Below are positions 18,546 through 33,847 of a stretch of DNA of 64,000 nt, piece by piece. The notes under the pieces are model-generated. The model had not been told where the DNA came from. It saw nothing but the letters and a program-made list of their open reading frames with translations, and made no database searches. The number at the start of each line of letters is the position of its first letter. Positions within the stretch are counted from its first letter, which is position 1. The position numbers and the translations under genes are program-made. Source of the DNA: Chrysomallon squamiferum (lineage: Eukaryota > Animalia > Mollusca); NCBI GenBank assembly GCA_012295275.1, contig CM022670.1, forward strand, positions 10,664,001 through 10,728,000, in the 5' to 3' direction.

Positions 18546-21500
18546 CACTGACCATGAAGAATATTAAAAAATTAGAGTAATGTCAAGGTTGTTCATATTA
18601 TAGTCAACTCAATGCCAAAATATAAGAAAGAAAGAAAAAAATATATTCACACACACACATATATATTGCCAATATTCAGTGGTTCAGCTAGTTGCCAGTT
18701 GAATTAGCTCCACAGGAATTGCCTCATACCATCGACAGTGAGGCTCACATGAGTCCCTGTAATAGTATTACTGTGTTTTAAATTGATTTTTTGAAAAAAG
18801 AAAAGTTACTTCAATCAAAATTTAATTGACTAGTTCAAAAACTGTTTTTCTAATTAATTATCAATGTTCTAAATTAATTAGCAAATTCTTATACACAGTA
18901 CATTGTTGCCCTGATAGTTACATTTTTGACAAAACCCAAATCTCATTTAATGAAAACCAAATTTACCAATGAGTAAATCATTTCTTTCTCTGTGATTAAT
19001 TTGCCTTTATCTTAAATTCTATGTATTTGTTATTTTTTCTTATTTAAAGAGAGGTGTTATTTTACTATCACAAAAGCATGTCATTTGTTGATAAATTTTC
19101 AGAACAATGATTGCTTTTCACATATGTAAACACAAAAAGAAAAAAAAAAGCAAACATTAATTTGTATATATAAAATTATATATGTAAAAAGATTTAAATT
19201 TGGAGTTGATTATGTGTTTTGAGTTGTAAAAGTTGTAGAAAGTAGTGGTTGCAGTTTGTTTGGACATTGTACTAAGTGTGCTGTAAAATTAACTGTTTTC
19301 ATAGGTCAGAACAAATACGTATTGGATTTTAATCCGTGATAATGCTGAAGAGGTAGAACTAGGAATGTTTTATTAAATTAAGTTTCATTAACTATAAATG
19401 TTGGCATCTTTTCTTGAAAACTAATCTTTTGGATTATGTCTGGTGGCTTGGTGGCAGTAGATATTTTATTTTAAAAAATAACAATAACAATGCTGTTCAT
19501 CCGTCCATACAGCAACTGATTTCTATATTTTTAACATTTATTCCATTACTGCATCTGTTGGAACAAAAGTTCTGACTCTGTATTATTTGGCAAATCATAG
19601 AAAATTTGACCATTCATTGAACAATAACCATAATTAATATTTGTGAGAGCAGGAATTCATCATTCTCTCCCACCCTAAACCCAACAGCCAAGCTTATAAA
19701 GATTAACTTTCATTTTTATTTCATTTTGCAAGTTGTATTTATTTATTAATAATTCAGGCAGCTAACATTTCTGCAATAGTTCTACAAATATACTGGCTAG
19801 GAATCGTGTATGCAAGTGTTTTTGCCTTCAAACAAATGAATAAAAAGTGATGTAATCTGCATTTTTTGAATATTGAAATAGCTTATTGATAACTGAATGA
19901 AGTAATCTAAATTTTTATGCATATTAAATTTTATTTTAAAGAAAAAAAGTAACTATATTTACACTTTTATCATTTAGAACTGTACCTCTTCCAACAATGG
20001 AAACTTCAGTTCAGCTAAATTGATTTCAGAAAGCAATATGTTTCATTTATATTATCTTTACTATTTCTTTTTGATTTGCACCATGCTGATATTGGACATC
20101 TGTTAAATGTCCTTTTTAATTTATCTTGTTTTTTTTGTGTTCATTATTGTTTAAATGTTACAACTATTTATTTGGTATTTTGGATGTAAATAATAATTAT
20201 TTATTTTTTTTTTTAAATTTAAAACAAAATATTAAAACATTTTTGTTTATATATAAACTGTTAATAATCATATAGTTATATGAATTTTATTTATTCTGTA
20301 TATATGTTGATTTTTTACACACACAAACACACACACACACACGTACATATATATGTACATATATGTATATATATGTATGTATATGTATGTATGTATATGT
20401 ACATATATGTACATATATGTGTATATATATATATATGTGTGTATATGCATAAATTATTGCATGAAACTATTTCACATTTTTGTTAATTTTTATTTCTGTA
20501 CTGATTTTTATTTTTTTTATTTTTTTTTATTTAATATTTTTGGGGGGTTTTGTTTATGATAGTTAACCATGACATTAACAAAATATTTTTTTTATTTTAT
20601 TATTAAGTAGTTGACTCATTTCCAGTACTAAAATTAATGGTAACATCATATGGGTATTTTATAGTCTAATAATTAAAAATCATTCTGCTCTTTTATTATA
20701 AACTGTTTTCTTTTTTCTAAAGTTGTAATGTGAATTTATGATAAAACAAAATATAATAATAATTTTATATCATATTTGATTACTGAAGTTATATATGATC
20801 TTTAAATTAACTGTCAATTACAGAGTTAGTACAGAAATGTGTAAGTAGTTATTCATGTTTTGTTCTCCAGTTATCAGTAATAGTCTTCTTTCTTTTTTTC
20901 ATTACAATTTCATGCAGAGAAAATAACAAAACCCTTCATAAACTAATATTATGGCTATTTGTGTAAATTATTTTTGTTTTTTTTTGTTTTGATTTTAAAA
21001 ATCAAAATTTTGTTCAATTTTTTATCTGTATTTTTTTAAGGAAGCTTTATAAACTTTATTAAAAAAATGAAGAAATAAAACCAACCATAAAAGAGAGATA
21101 TTAATTGCCCTTACAATAATAACCAAATAATGCTGAGAGATAAACTTTATAAATAAACAATTTATTATGTGACCAGTTACATTTCAAGATCAAAATATTG
21201 ATATATTTATGTACTTATTTATTAATGTCTTGTTGATTTCGTAAAAAATTGTTCATTTATTTAAGTTTTGCTGTTATTTTTGGCAGCATGCTACTGATTT
21301 CATTTCTTAAAAGTATCTAAAAAATTTCTTTTATTTATTGAACAAAAATTAAAACTTAATAATATCTGAGTCATCTTTTAACTACAAAAAAAGTAAATGT
21401 AAGTTAACTAGAAGTAGGCCTAGTTGAAGTTTTTGGACCAGTTTTTATTTCAGGTTTGTGTTGTTGCATTTTTTGTATTTATCAGTATTGTTTGCAGTTT

Positions 21501-24500
21501 AAAAACCTTGTTTTGTACCTTAACAAAGCAACTCAATACAGTATTTACAACTGTTACATATATTTCTGTTGTTATATTTTGTATATTGTTGATTCTTATT
21601 TCCTGTTTTTGTTTTTGTTGTAATAATAATATATTGACATATTTAATTATAAATTATATATATGTATAGACACACATTTATTTACACACACAAACACACA
21701 AACACACGCATGCATAAATATATATATATATATGTTTACGTAAATCCTTGATTTTTAGGAGTGGCCTCTATTCATTGCAAATTCCTATTTATTTATTTTA
21801 TGCAAAATTTCAGTGTTGATGTTCACTTAAACATTGCATTAAAAAAAACCTGTAAACTTTAACGACTCACAACATCATCTTTTGGTATAGCATAGCTATG
21901 GGCAGTGTTTTTCAAGAAGTGGGATGCTTGAAAACATGGGTCATCATCAGGTGAACAGTACTACTAATAAACATTAGTTTCCTCTTGAAATTAGCATGCC
22001 ATTCAGACATGCCCATCTGCTGCAATATGCCCAAGTCTGATACAGCAGTTTAATAATCCAAAACAAATTCTTGTAAGGAAACTTAATTTAGGCAGATTTT
22101 CTTTACTTTCAGATGATGAATACAGAAGTATTTGATTTGGTCTCAAAATTAAGGATTTATGTTAATTTTCAATGTTTGTTGAGCTTTCAACTTTATAACT
22201 GGCAAAGAAATGATAGTAACAACATGTTTCACCTACATGTCAAGTTTAAAGTAATACCTACCTGCATACACCAGGAAAATAATGTTACTAGTCATTTATC
22301 ACCGCCGTCAGTTTAATCATATATTACAGGCTCATTAATTTTTGTGAAAGTAGTTCCATATTCATTTCTGTTTGCTTGACAATTTATCAGTGTTTTCATG
22401 GTTATTGTACTAGACAGCTGCAATAAATAGACAATACCATTATGTTCTGCCAAACATAAAGTTGTTGTGCTGAATTTAGTAACTGCTGACTTTAAAAAGA
22501 TTTATGAGCTGTTTTTAATTTTATTTATAATTTACTAATATTATTATTATTATTATTATTATTTCAAAACAACACTAACTGATTGATCTTCTCTGCATAT
22601 TGTAAAAGTCTATATCATCATTTGTTACAACTGCTTTTTTTTTTTTTTTTTTTTGTTCAAGGGTGGGAGGCATCATTATTTTAATAAGTTAAACCAAAGA
22701 AAATTGTGTTAAATTTCTTTAGATTAACCGTAGGTATATATTTGGAGGTGGGGATGGGTGGTTCATGCTTGTTATCATTAGAGTTAAACCCTCATAAAGT
22801 TTCATTTTATCATCTAATTATTCTTTTTTGTCAGTTAAATCATTAGAGCAAAATCTTTTCATTTGAAAATTATACTGTTTCTTAATGTTTGATGCATAAA
22901 GGCAGGAAAAAAAAATATCTAAATAAAACAAGATGAAAAATATTTTCCGTCATATTCATTGTGTTCAAATGTTAGTGATGGTTATTACTCAGGGTTCAAA
23001 CTATGGCACCATACACAGACATCTGTCTCACTAACCAACTCACATGGGTGTATAGTAGTGTTTGTTTCAATGTGCTGCTTTTTAGCTTACTCAACGTTAA
23101 TGGACACTTAAAATCCAGGTTCAAAACCTTTCAGCAGTAATTTTCTTAAACCAATATCAGATTTCTCTGTACTATTCAAAATTGTATGAGAGGTAAGTCT
23201 CAATACAAATTTGAAATGTCCTTTTCATTTTGTGCTTTAAAATTTAAACTGATATCTTGTCTTTAGGTTAATGTATCAGATCAAAGCTTTAAAAGACTTG
23301 AGACATGTTTACATGGAACAATTTTTAAATTTTTTCCCCTTCCTTTTTATTTATTTATTTTTTTATTTGAACAAATTAATGTTGAAATGTTAACCAAATC
23401 TAAAACCATTATGAAAATATTTAAACAGATAAAACCCTTATTAATATACCAGTTGTTTCAGGCATGCACTCATACTAACCTATATACAAGTATTTTAAAT
23501 GACATTTTCTTCTAAGTACCAGTACAAAGATATATATGCACAGCTATTAAAGTCTTACCAGCTATTAACATTTTTTGGTATGTTAGATGTGTTACATATA
23601 TATATATATATGTGCACATCTAATATAAAAATGTGTGTGTACAGATTTTATCAGACTTGCACAGATCTACTTAGATACATGTACATGTCTGATGATGTGT
23701 ATTCTGATTGTACATGCATATGTAATTTACACATTCATGTATGGATGTATATATGTAAATGATGTGATCTTGTTGAATTTGTTGATTTAATCCAAGATAT
23801 GCAGTATGTTTTAATTTATACATAGGATTGTGAAAACTAAAAAGATGTTTAAGAAATGGCTATTGTTGAATAGAAATTATTTTTCATGTGGGGGTTTATT
23901 CATGTTGATTGAAATTATAATAAACTGTTTGGCAACATACAAAGATCTTACTTGTTTTTCTCTTGTGAAGTAATGATTTTTGGAACTGTACAAAGCTGTT
24001 TGTGGTGATTTTTTTTTTAATGTATCCCTACATATAAATGCCCTGAGCAATGACGAATATTAGTACTTGAATCTGGAGATAGGTTTATTAAGCATTTGTG
24101 TCTGATTTCCTCAATTTTGGGTTAATTTAAATGATTAATTTTGGATCATTCATTTGTCTACAACTTAATAATAGGATTTTTTAAAGTATTGTTGAACTTT
24201 ATTTATTTGTATATTCACTTTAATTTAAATAATAAAGAACAATTTTTACATATAAAAAAAAAGTAGTGCACCGAGTTGAGGTGTGAGGGGCAGGGAATAA
24301 ATAATTTTAGTCTTCAGACACTTTGCTATAAAATGTCTAAATTTTCTTTTTATGTTCCTATTCAAAATCTAAGCCATAAAGCCTGTGTTAATTGATTTCT
24401 TAATGGGAAGATGCCTTAACACAATGCCCACTTTCACTTGTGTCAGAAACAAAGAATTTTAAGAAAGAATACAAATTTATAAGTTTATTGTACCAAACCA

Positions 24501-26121
24501 AAGTAGGAATTAAAACATCCACATCATAATTTAATTATACAAAACTGAATGTTAAACAAACTAAAATGTTTTAAGTAGATTAAAATGGATCCTAAACACA
24601 CAGGGATAATTCAGATGTTCATTTGAGAAACATTTCAGACACACTAAATAGAAGCTAGAGCATTAAAATGGAACCCTAGTTATAGTTTGATTAATTGAGA
24701 ATAAATAATATAAAAAAAGGGCTTGGGTCATAATGCAAATATGAATAATTAAGCTAAATAATTAGGTTCAAAGATTTAAAGGAACATGCTCAAAATAATG
24801 TCTGGAAAATGAATTATAAAAGAAAAATTATAAATTTACTTTCCATTTTTAACTATTTTTGTTTTTGTATTTTCTCTCTCTCTGTCACTTATAACAAAAC
24901 TGAATGGAATGTATGGGTAAAATGTATTTATCTTTTATTCATATTTAATGATGTTTTTCAAACTGCAGCAAATACTAAACAATTTTTTATTATTATTATT
25001 ATTTCTGTCATTAATCAACAATATAAAACATGCAAAAATAGAAAAATAACATTAAATAAACAACACAGCAGAAACTAAGAGATCTAATGACAAAATTTGA
25101 AAGTTCCTGTGTCCAGCACCAATATATAAAAAAATATACATATATAAAAAAAAATATGGCTGGTCGAGGATGCAAAAAATATTGGTAGAAAACAACTAGA
25201 AAATTTAAATTTAAAAAACAAAAAAAAATTTAAAAAGTAATTTAAAATAATTATAAATCAGAAAACTCTTTTATTATACCAAGTAATAAACCTTTTTCAA
25301 GATATGATCTGAAACTGAAATCATCAAATTTTTAAAATTATCCTTTGAAACCATGGTATATCCTGCTGCTGATCTAAACTGATATGTTGTGTGTGGGGTG
25401 TGGTAATTATTTCTTTGTTCAGTTTAAATTTGGTGATAATGAAATTGCTCTTTAGTAAACACTGAATGTGTTTTTGTTGCATACTAGTTCACAGTACTGA
25501 ATATAATGCCCCAATCTATTTTTTAAATATTTATCTTCACATTCATCCATCTGGAAATTTTAAATCATCAGTAGGATATTTAAGATATTATTTCATATAT
25601 ATATATATATAAAATAAAATTTAGTTAAAGGGGCTAAATGAATAACAAAACACTGTGAAAAAAAGAAAACAAATCTAAGAATCTCTTTAGATACATTCTG
25701 AAAATAAGAAAGCCAAAAAATTACAACCTGACAAGCAGTTTGTCAAAAAATAAGAAATACATTTTGGATGTTAAACATTTCTTATAATTAAATAAAAGTA
25801 CCATAAGAATGTTACCCTAATAAGAGTGTTTCAATAAGCAAACTAAAAATCTTAATATATTATGGTAAATTGTAAATTCTCTGAAAATGGCTGCCTCTGT
25901 TTTTTAAACATGAAAGGTTAGGGTAAAAGCTTTTTTCATTATAGAACACTTCAAGCTTTGCTTGTCATGGCATAACATTCTATATGAATTATTTATTTCA
26001 TCACGAAGGTTCGTTTTATTAACAATACTTCCATGATAGAAATGTTTATGTATGGTTATTAAGTTTTCAAACACAACAATAACAACAACAAAAAAAAAAT
26101 ATATATATATATATATATAAA

Positions 26122-26156
<35 letters not shown>

Positions 26157-27504
26157 CACATAATAGTGCAATATGTTAATTATTGGTCTTATTAAACTTT
26201 CAAATTGCTGAAAAATTGTTAACTGACCAAGAGAAATTGCAGTTTCATTATTATTTTATATTTTATTTATTTATTTTTTATTTTTTATTTTTTTCAATAA
26301 ATTTAGGTAAATACAAATTGCTAATACAGGTAATAAAAAAAAAAAGTGAAAAACATCTTGCATAATTAAACATCTACAATTTTTTAATTTAAGTTAAAAC
26401 AGAGTATGTCTAAAGACATTAAGGTTAGTTTCATTACCGTATGTTAATTGACAACTAAATATTTTTAATACACTAAGTTAGTTATTAAAAACAAAACTGA
26501 GTGATCTGTATGCATGTGGACATGGGTTTGCATATGCATATCTATGTATGTGTGTGTGACTGTCTGTAAAAATTATATTGTGTTTGTGTGCCTATGTATG
26601 AATGTACATGCATGTTGTATTTTTGTGTGCATGTGTCTTTGAGGATGAATGTACATGAAAGCTGTATTCTTATGTGCATGTGTTTGTATGTATGAATGTA
26701 TATGTTATATGCTTGTGTGCATGTGTCAGTATGTGCATACACCATTAAGTGTCTACCTTGTTCATCTACATGCTGCATGCTGTTATTTATTTATAAAATG
26801 ATGCACAACTACACAATATTATAAAAGTAATACAACATAAACCCAAAGTACCAAATGATTAGTCTATCTTGAATAAATGTTATAAGCTGCTATTAAAATT
26901 TTGTTCTGCTTAAGCTGTTGATTATTATCCACATTTTCAGTTAAGAGTGCTCAAAAAAGTGTATGAACACTGTAAAAAGTGAAATTGATTCAGTGTCATA
27001 ATTTAGTATTTCACTAAATTAGGCAGTTTTACAAAAATCTTTGTTTTGAACTTGATGAAAGACTTTTACATATATTCAAATGCACATGATTATCATATTA
27101 CATTTTCTGTTTTAATAAAATAGGACTCACAAAAGTTTAGTATTTTTCACCAAAAAGTATAATTATTCCAGAATATATTTTAAAAAATCTGGTCTTCAAT
27201 TTAAAACCACAGGTATTTAAACAAAACCGTGTTATGCTTCAAATCAAATTTAAGAAAAATGCACATTTCAAACAAGTCATTTTTCAACTTAAACCACTTG
27301 TATTTAAATAATACTTTAAAATAATAAGTTACATATCAAAGCCTGATTCTTTGACTATATATAACAAAACAAAAAAAATCCAGCTAGATTTTTAACTTAC
27401 ACACATTGTCAAAAAAACGCAATTCCTATTATAACATGGCTAACAAAAATGTATAAAATTCTTCAGTCACAGATTAAAAAAAATATATTTTTAAAAACTA
27501 GTCT

Positions 27505-30500
27505 TTAAGTACTCAAATCCATTAGAAATTTGATATGCTCCTTCTTTTTGAGAACTCTCGGTACCTTGTATTGGTTTGGTGATGTAGATGATGTTTCAAG
27601 CATGCGATGCCTCAGTGCCTGAAATGAGCCTGGTTTTACGACGAAGACCTTCATGCTGCCAATGCTGCCTTTCTTTCTGAACGAATAATACACGTAGGAC
27701 TGAGAACACAAAGTTTCATCAATCTAGAGTGTAAAAAAAAAAAAAAAAAAAAAAAAATCAAGGAAGAAAAAAATGAAGTTGTAATAAAACAGAATGTTAT
27801 ACAGTACACATTATAGCTAACAACAATACAATCGGATTGTTTATTTAGGGTGCACTTCCCTGCAGATATAAACATAGACACTGTGGATTGATTATACAGT
27901 TTGCAGAGCACAGGCCAGATTGGGAAATACTTCATGAAATGCACCAAAAAAGGTCAATACTGCAACCCACTCCATCTGAGATTAGTGAATGTTTGAATGT
28001 GAATAAAAATATTCTGAACCAATATATAAAAGTATAATTAAAAAAAAGATGAAAAAAGAAAGTGTTACACTAGTGTACTATATTTTGTTTTTGTGTATCT
28101 GTGATTTCGTGTCATGGGTTTGTTTGTGTTTTCAACTTACAACAAGTTTTGTTATAGATGAAAAATGTGTGTGTAATTGTGCTTGTCTGCATTTTCAATT
28201 GTTTAATGTCCTGTCTAAAATGACAGTTATTAATTAAAAGTCATTCAATGTACCATATCCTTCTGCTTGTCAATCAGAGTACAGCCAGTATCTCCACTTT
28301 CAGATTCCAGTTCCAGGAAAACATAGTAACATGGAGCAAGACCACCACCTAATACAAAACAGAGTAATATTCAAACTTTCAACAAAAAAAAAAAACAATA
28401 ATAATAATAATAATAATAAAAGGTGTTTGTTAAATAAAAAAAAAGTATTTAAAAAACACATTAGAAGTACAAACTATTTACAAAAAAATATTATTTGTTA
28501 CTTAGGACTCATTAATAACATTTGAATTTACAAAAAAAAAAAAAAATAATAATAATATCTATTTAATAAAAATGTAACAGCCATGATGCTTGCAGCTTTC
28601 TAAAAGGTACAATTTTGTTTATCTTGTACCAAATCAACTATTATCATTTTTTTTATAAAATTTAATGGACGCTTTCATGTAGTCCATATCCTTATGTGCT
28701 TCTCAGTAAAAGGAAGAACATTTTCACAACATAAAATAAAGAGTAAAAAAATGCAAGAATAAAATGCCATTATGAAGATTTTGTTTACTGAACATAATCC
28801 AGATGAAGTTTTATTTTCTTTACATAAAATTGCATTTGCTTGATTTAAAAATGCTGATTTGATTAAATTTAATACTGAAACTTATTTTAGTTGATGAAAC
28901 AGTCTGTTGTTAATCCAAAGACTTTGATTATAATCAAGACTATAATTACATTTGCCCCTGTTTAATATTCAGAAAAACAACAAAGCATATCGGTCACAAA
29001 TCTACCATTATCTACTAATTTAAGTACTAATTTACAAATACCAGCTTTCACTCCAGCATCTTCAGCATATATACTTTCTGTACAGCTGTAGTCAACCAAC
29101 TTTCTTCCTGGCCATTTGGCCACAGTATCACTCAGAGCTTTGTAAAAGGTAGCTTCCGATGTCTTTTCAGCACGAACACTCAGAAACTGGCCTTGTCTGT
29201 AGCAGATAATATCGTAAACATAGGTAACAGATGCTCACATAAAGTGAAAACTGGCAGTTTAATAGTGTTTTATAACCATGAAGTTATTATCAGTGAAATG
29301 ATGAACAGATGTTTTAAAACAGAAAATGTGCAGAATAGTATCATTTTAACCACAAAATTATTATGACTGGAACAGTTATCATCCAAATATTATTACTGAT
29401 CATGCAACAGCAAAAATAATAATTACACACACACACACACACAGAATAAAATGTTAATTTGATTAAATTTATTACTGAGAATTGTGATAGGATTATTAAA
29501 ATAGGAACAAGTGTTAACAAAACAGTTTGTTGTTAATCCAAAAATTATGATTTTAATGAAGCCTATAAATTTTGGTAATTATGTAGAACTTAAGTTGCAT
29601 CATTCTCCCAAAGTGACAGTGTTTGAATACATTAAAGAAACAATGTGCTTTGTAATTCAGTGGAACTGATTAATGTAAATGATTAATGCAGATCACAAAT
29701 AATGTATTTTGTGAAAATAAAATGTTGTGTAAAAAAATAAAAATAAAAGGATTTAATTCAACTAAGACAGATTGAAAGAACATAACTAAAAATAAACCAC
29801 TGGAGCATACAAGAAATTTATCTTGAAGAATTTTTAAAAAAAATAAAATGTCTTTAAATTTATCTGGACTGTATTGCATTTTACAATGGAAATAAAACAT
29901 TAATAATAAAAATTAATTTTACTAGCCTGTACATAAACTTGATTACTGGACACTGGTTGTGAAATCCTACAACTTTGATGACATCGCCAAAGCGATATCG
30001 ATAGAGACAGGATAAATTAGTCAGCACCATTTCATACTCTGTGTCCTCCTTTAACTACAAACAAAAATATTAAATATATTTTAAAATAAAAATACTAAAT
30101 GTTCTAAAATAAAAATAATAATTGTTAAAAAACAGAAGGATGAAAGAAAAATATATGAGTTTTAATTATGTTTTCTGCTGTATTATTTAGCTAAATATTA
30201 AATAGTGAAATAAAACTGTATTAATTTTGGGGGCTTTTCATGTTAGTGTCACAGAGAAATTACAGTAAAATAACAACAACAACAAACAGAATATAATAAT
30301 AATAATAATAAAAAAAGAAAGACTGGTATCCTCACGCAAAGAAAAAAAACACACACACACATACACACACACACACACACTTACTGTTGACTATTTTGTA
30401 GAAATGGGTCAAATTTAAAATATTTACCTGATGCATGAGCAGTGTTGGTGGTTGAAGTTGATCAGTTACATCTATGGGAATAAACTCAAAGAACTGAGTT

Positions 30501-32350
30501 GTAGGCAGAAGCAAGTACTGACTGGGCAGGTGTGGCCAGATATTAACACCCAGGAGACCTTCTGTAGCTGCGTATATTGGAGAATACAGAGGTACACCCT
30601 TCAAGTAGGTTTCTCTTAGTTTATCTCCTGAAGATTTAGACAGAAGAACTCAACATAAGCTTCAAAGTTAATAAATTCTTAATGACACACAACATATAAT
30701 TATTAATAAGGGTTAGTAGATGTCAGACATAGTTAATGTTATTAAAATTATAATGATAATAATAATAATGATAATAGTGATTATAATAAACAATAACAAC
30801 AACATTAATTTAAAATAGTAATAATAATAATAATAATAATAATAGTAACAATAACAATAATAAAAACAATAACAATAAAACAACTGCTTTTAATGACTGA
30901 TTTATTTTTATCAGACATCTATAGCATGTACTAAAAAAAATTAAGTATAACTGTAATAGACTTTGAATTTCATGACATGTAGTATGAGGTAAATAGACAA
31001 CATTAAAGTATCCAATCATTAAAAAATTTCTAAAGAAAAAATTAATTCTACCCACTCAGATGTTGCTGTAATTTGTTTGTGTGTAATGTGTGGCAAATTT
31101 GATATGAGAAATATTTCCAGCATTAGGTCAATAATTTCATAGAAAGTTACATCAGTACCCAACAGATAACCGAGACAGATAGACCCAAAAGAAAAATATC
31201 CTTATACCATATAACTGAAAAGTTCCAGTATCTGCACCAACAACAAAACAAAGCTCAGGCCATATTCTTGAAACCAATCCCACAATTCCTTGTTGATATG
31301 CTCTTTTAAGTTCTGCAGCTCTTTCAGGATCGGGTTTCAAAAATGTCTCTAACTCGCTTCTGATTTTATCATCTATCTTCAGTGACGAGTTTAGTGTTCC
31401 ACATTCAATATCCTGCACCAGATTTGCCCAGTTGTGTTCCATTGTCCTAAAAGCATTGAACACCAGGGAAGAGAAGTTGGCTTCAATGCGCCCTAGATGT
31501 CTGTCTTTGAGACTGAACAACAGGTGAACATACAGTGCCTCAGGTTCTGTCATTATTTCGTATCCTATTTTAGGAGTTGAATACAAGTGTATAATTGACT
31601 TGGAGTTGGAAGGCGATGATGACACTGGACCAATGGGAATGCCTGCTTCTGAGACCCTCCTCCTCGGATTGTAGAATATCTTAAAACTTTTCACTAGTTT
31701 CCTGGCAAAGTTGAATTCTTCGGCCATTTTCGCGCTCACAATCGCAATGCCATTGGCCAGGAAGAGAAACGTCTGCCTCTGAAGGGTGGGCAGAATGTTG
31801 CTTTTTCCTGAAGTGCCTGACGTGACGGAGAAAGCGACTGGCTGATCGGCAGTGAGGACGTTGACCTCTCCCTTCATCATGCGCTCTATGTAAGACTCAT
31901 AATGGCTGTATCGCGTCAGAGGATGTGCTTTTTGGAAATCTTCAACTGACTGGATGCCATAGAACTTGTACAGTTTTCCGTATTCGGTGTTTTCGTTATA
32001 TCGAATCTGATTGAGCAGTAAGTTCTTCTGCACCTCAGCAACATTCTTTGTCGCCTTCTCCAACTTTCTGACCATGAAGACACTCAGCCATAATGGTATG
32101 TTCTGGGCCACATAATGTCTTGCTGCTCCCAGAAACGTCTGGTCCTTGAGAACTCGTCTTCGCTGAATGTCCACAGACAAACATGCCAAGATTACACCAA
32201 GGACGATCAGTAAAAATGGCAGCAGGTAGAAGAGGAAAAGAACAGAAAGGACAACAAGAACAAACAAGGCTGCAAGAAAAAAGTTTAGAGAAATGTACAA
32301 ATTATGAAATTATAAAATATATTGTGTACCTGAATAAAGTAATTAGAATA

Positions 32351-32406
<56 letters not shown>

Positions 32407-32661
32407 ATATATTTATAGTTATATTTACACATTGTGCAAGGATCATAAAACTGGGGAAATAAAACCTCATTACTGAAAAATAACAGCTAAAACAGAAATA
32501 ATATACAATTTTTAATGCCTGTATTTAAATTTTCAAAATTAAGTATAAACTGAAAAGCAAAACATAAAAAATTTAAGATGATTATTGAAAAATGTTCTTT
32601 AAACAGCATTTTTCAGTAATTGTTTTAAAGTCTTACCTTTGAACTTCGTCATTGAATTCAT
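27505..32661 (-). CDS. GHDC: GH3 domain-containing protein (acyl-acid amido synthetase-like), ~627 aa, 7 coding exons, hydrophobic N-terminus
   Basis: Exons 32661-32637, 32269-31208, 30627-30428, 30054-29927, 29196-29042, 28348-28254, 27723-27505 (1884 nt, in frame). GH3 motifs: TEYGK, PLTRYSHYESYIER, TSGTSGK..LP, YAATEG, FFEFIP, YEMVLTN..LYRYRFGDV, EKTSE, QYKVPRVL. The short first exon is less certain than the rest. Confidence 0.92.
29197..29926 (-). other. GC-AG intron in the GH3-domain gene
   Basis: The exon ends TAC AG|GCTAGT and the next starts CAG|A CAA GGC CAG, giving FMYRQGQFLSVRAEKTSE. The neighbouring GT donor 4 nt downstream is out of phase with this acceptor. Confidence 0.75.
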
Positions 32662-33847
32662 CTTTTTAATCTGGAATTAAAATTAATATAATAATATTAT
32701 TAAATTAACAGGATGAAGCTCTTATCAAAGCATCTATACAGTTAAGCATACCAGTTAAATTTTAACTTTTAAAACTTCTCTTTATTGTTTTATATATATA
32801 TATATACATTGAATGCAAAAGCGTGTAACTGACATTAATTCATTTTTGAGTTCACTTACTACAAATATTCACTGACACGTTTTTCTTTGTACATTTAAAT
32901 TACTATACCTTGAGAGTCCTTATGATTATGATTATCATTTAAAAGTAATACAAGTAAACAAAAATATTCTGAAAATGAAGGTGCCATTGAATTTCTTCTC
33001 ATAATAGGTGTACTGGTGATGTGTATGTAAATATGTGTTATCACCAATTCTGAAGTTGACTGCATAACTGTATGTAACAATAAATTTATTTTAATTCCTC
33101 TGAAATTAATATCAGTCATCAATAACTGCACTGATGATAAAGCTGGTGATAATTTCAGACTATAAAAAGAAATCATTTATGATTATACTATTACTATAAT
33201 AATTTATTCTTGCACCAGTCATTTAAATAAATAATATTTTTTCTATTTTAAAACTGTATAATATCTCATTTTAATCTAAACCATACAAGTTACTGGATGA
33301 TCATGATTGCTACCAATGGTGTTGCATTATGATATTAAATTAATTGACCACAGTCAACCGTTTAGATGGCGCATTCTGTTCAAAAGTCCAACATGTCAAT
33401 TGTCATTTATGATCAGCCAAAATGGAGCGAGGAACTGTACTGTAAACAGGAACTTTTATTATTTATTTTCAACACTGCTGACAAATGATAGACTTAAATA
33501 ATAATAATAATGTATGAAATTAATTTTAAAAGAGTAGAAAAATTCGTATATATATATATCGGAAACAAATAATATTTTTAGAGACAGTCAGAATGATTAC
33601 ATATATTTATACAAGATGTGATATTACTGTAAACTAGATAATTAAACTGCACGAAACATTATGATGTTTATCATTATGTAATCGGAATCAGTAACTTTAT
33701 TCTTTAAAAAGGCAGATGCCATTCAGAAAAAGTATATGTCTTGTTATAAGCAGATGCAAATTAAGTAATTATTCGTATCTGTTTAGGTTTGCTGCAAGAT
33801 GACCTTTATTAAATGCTGTTTGTGTATACTGGGAAACAGATACTTAC

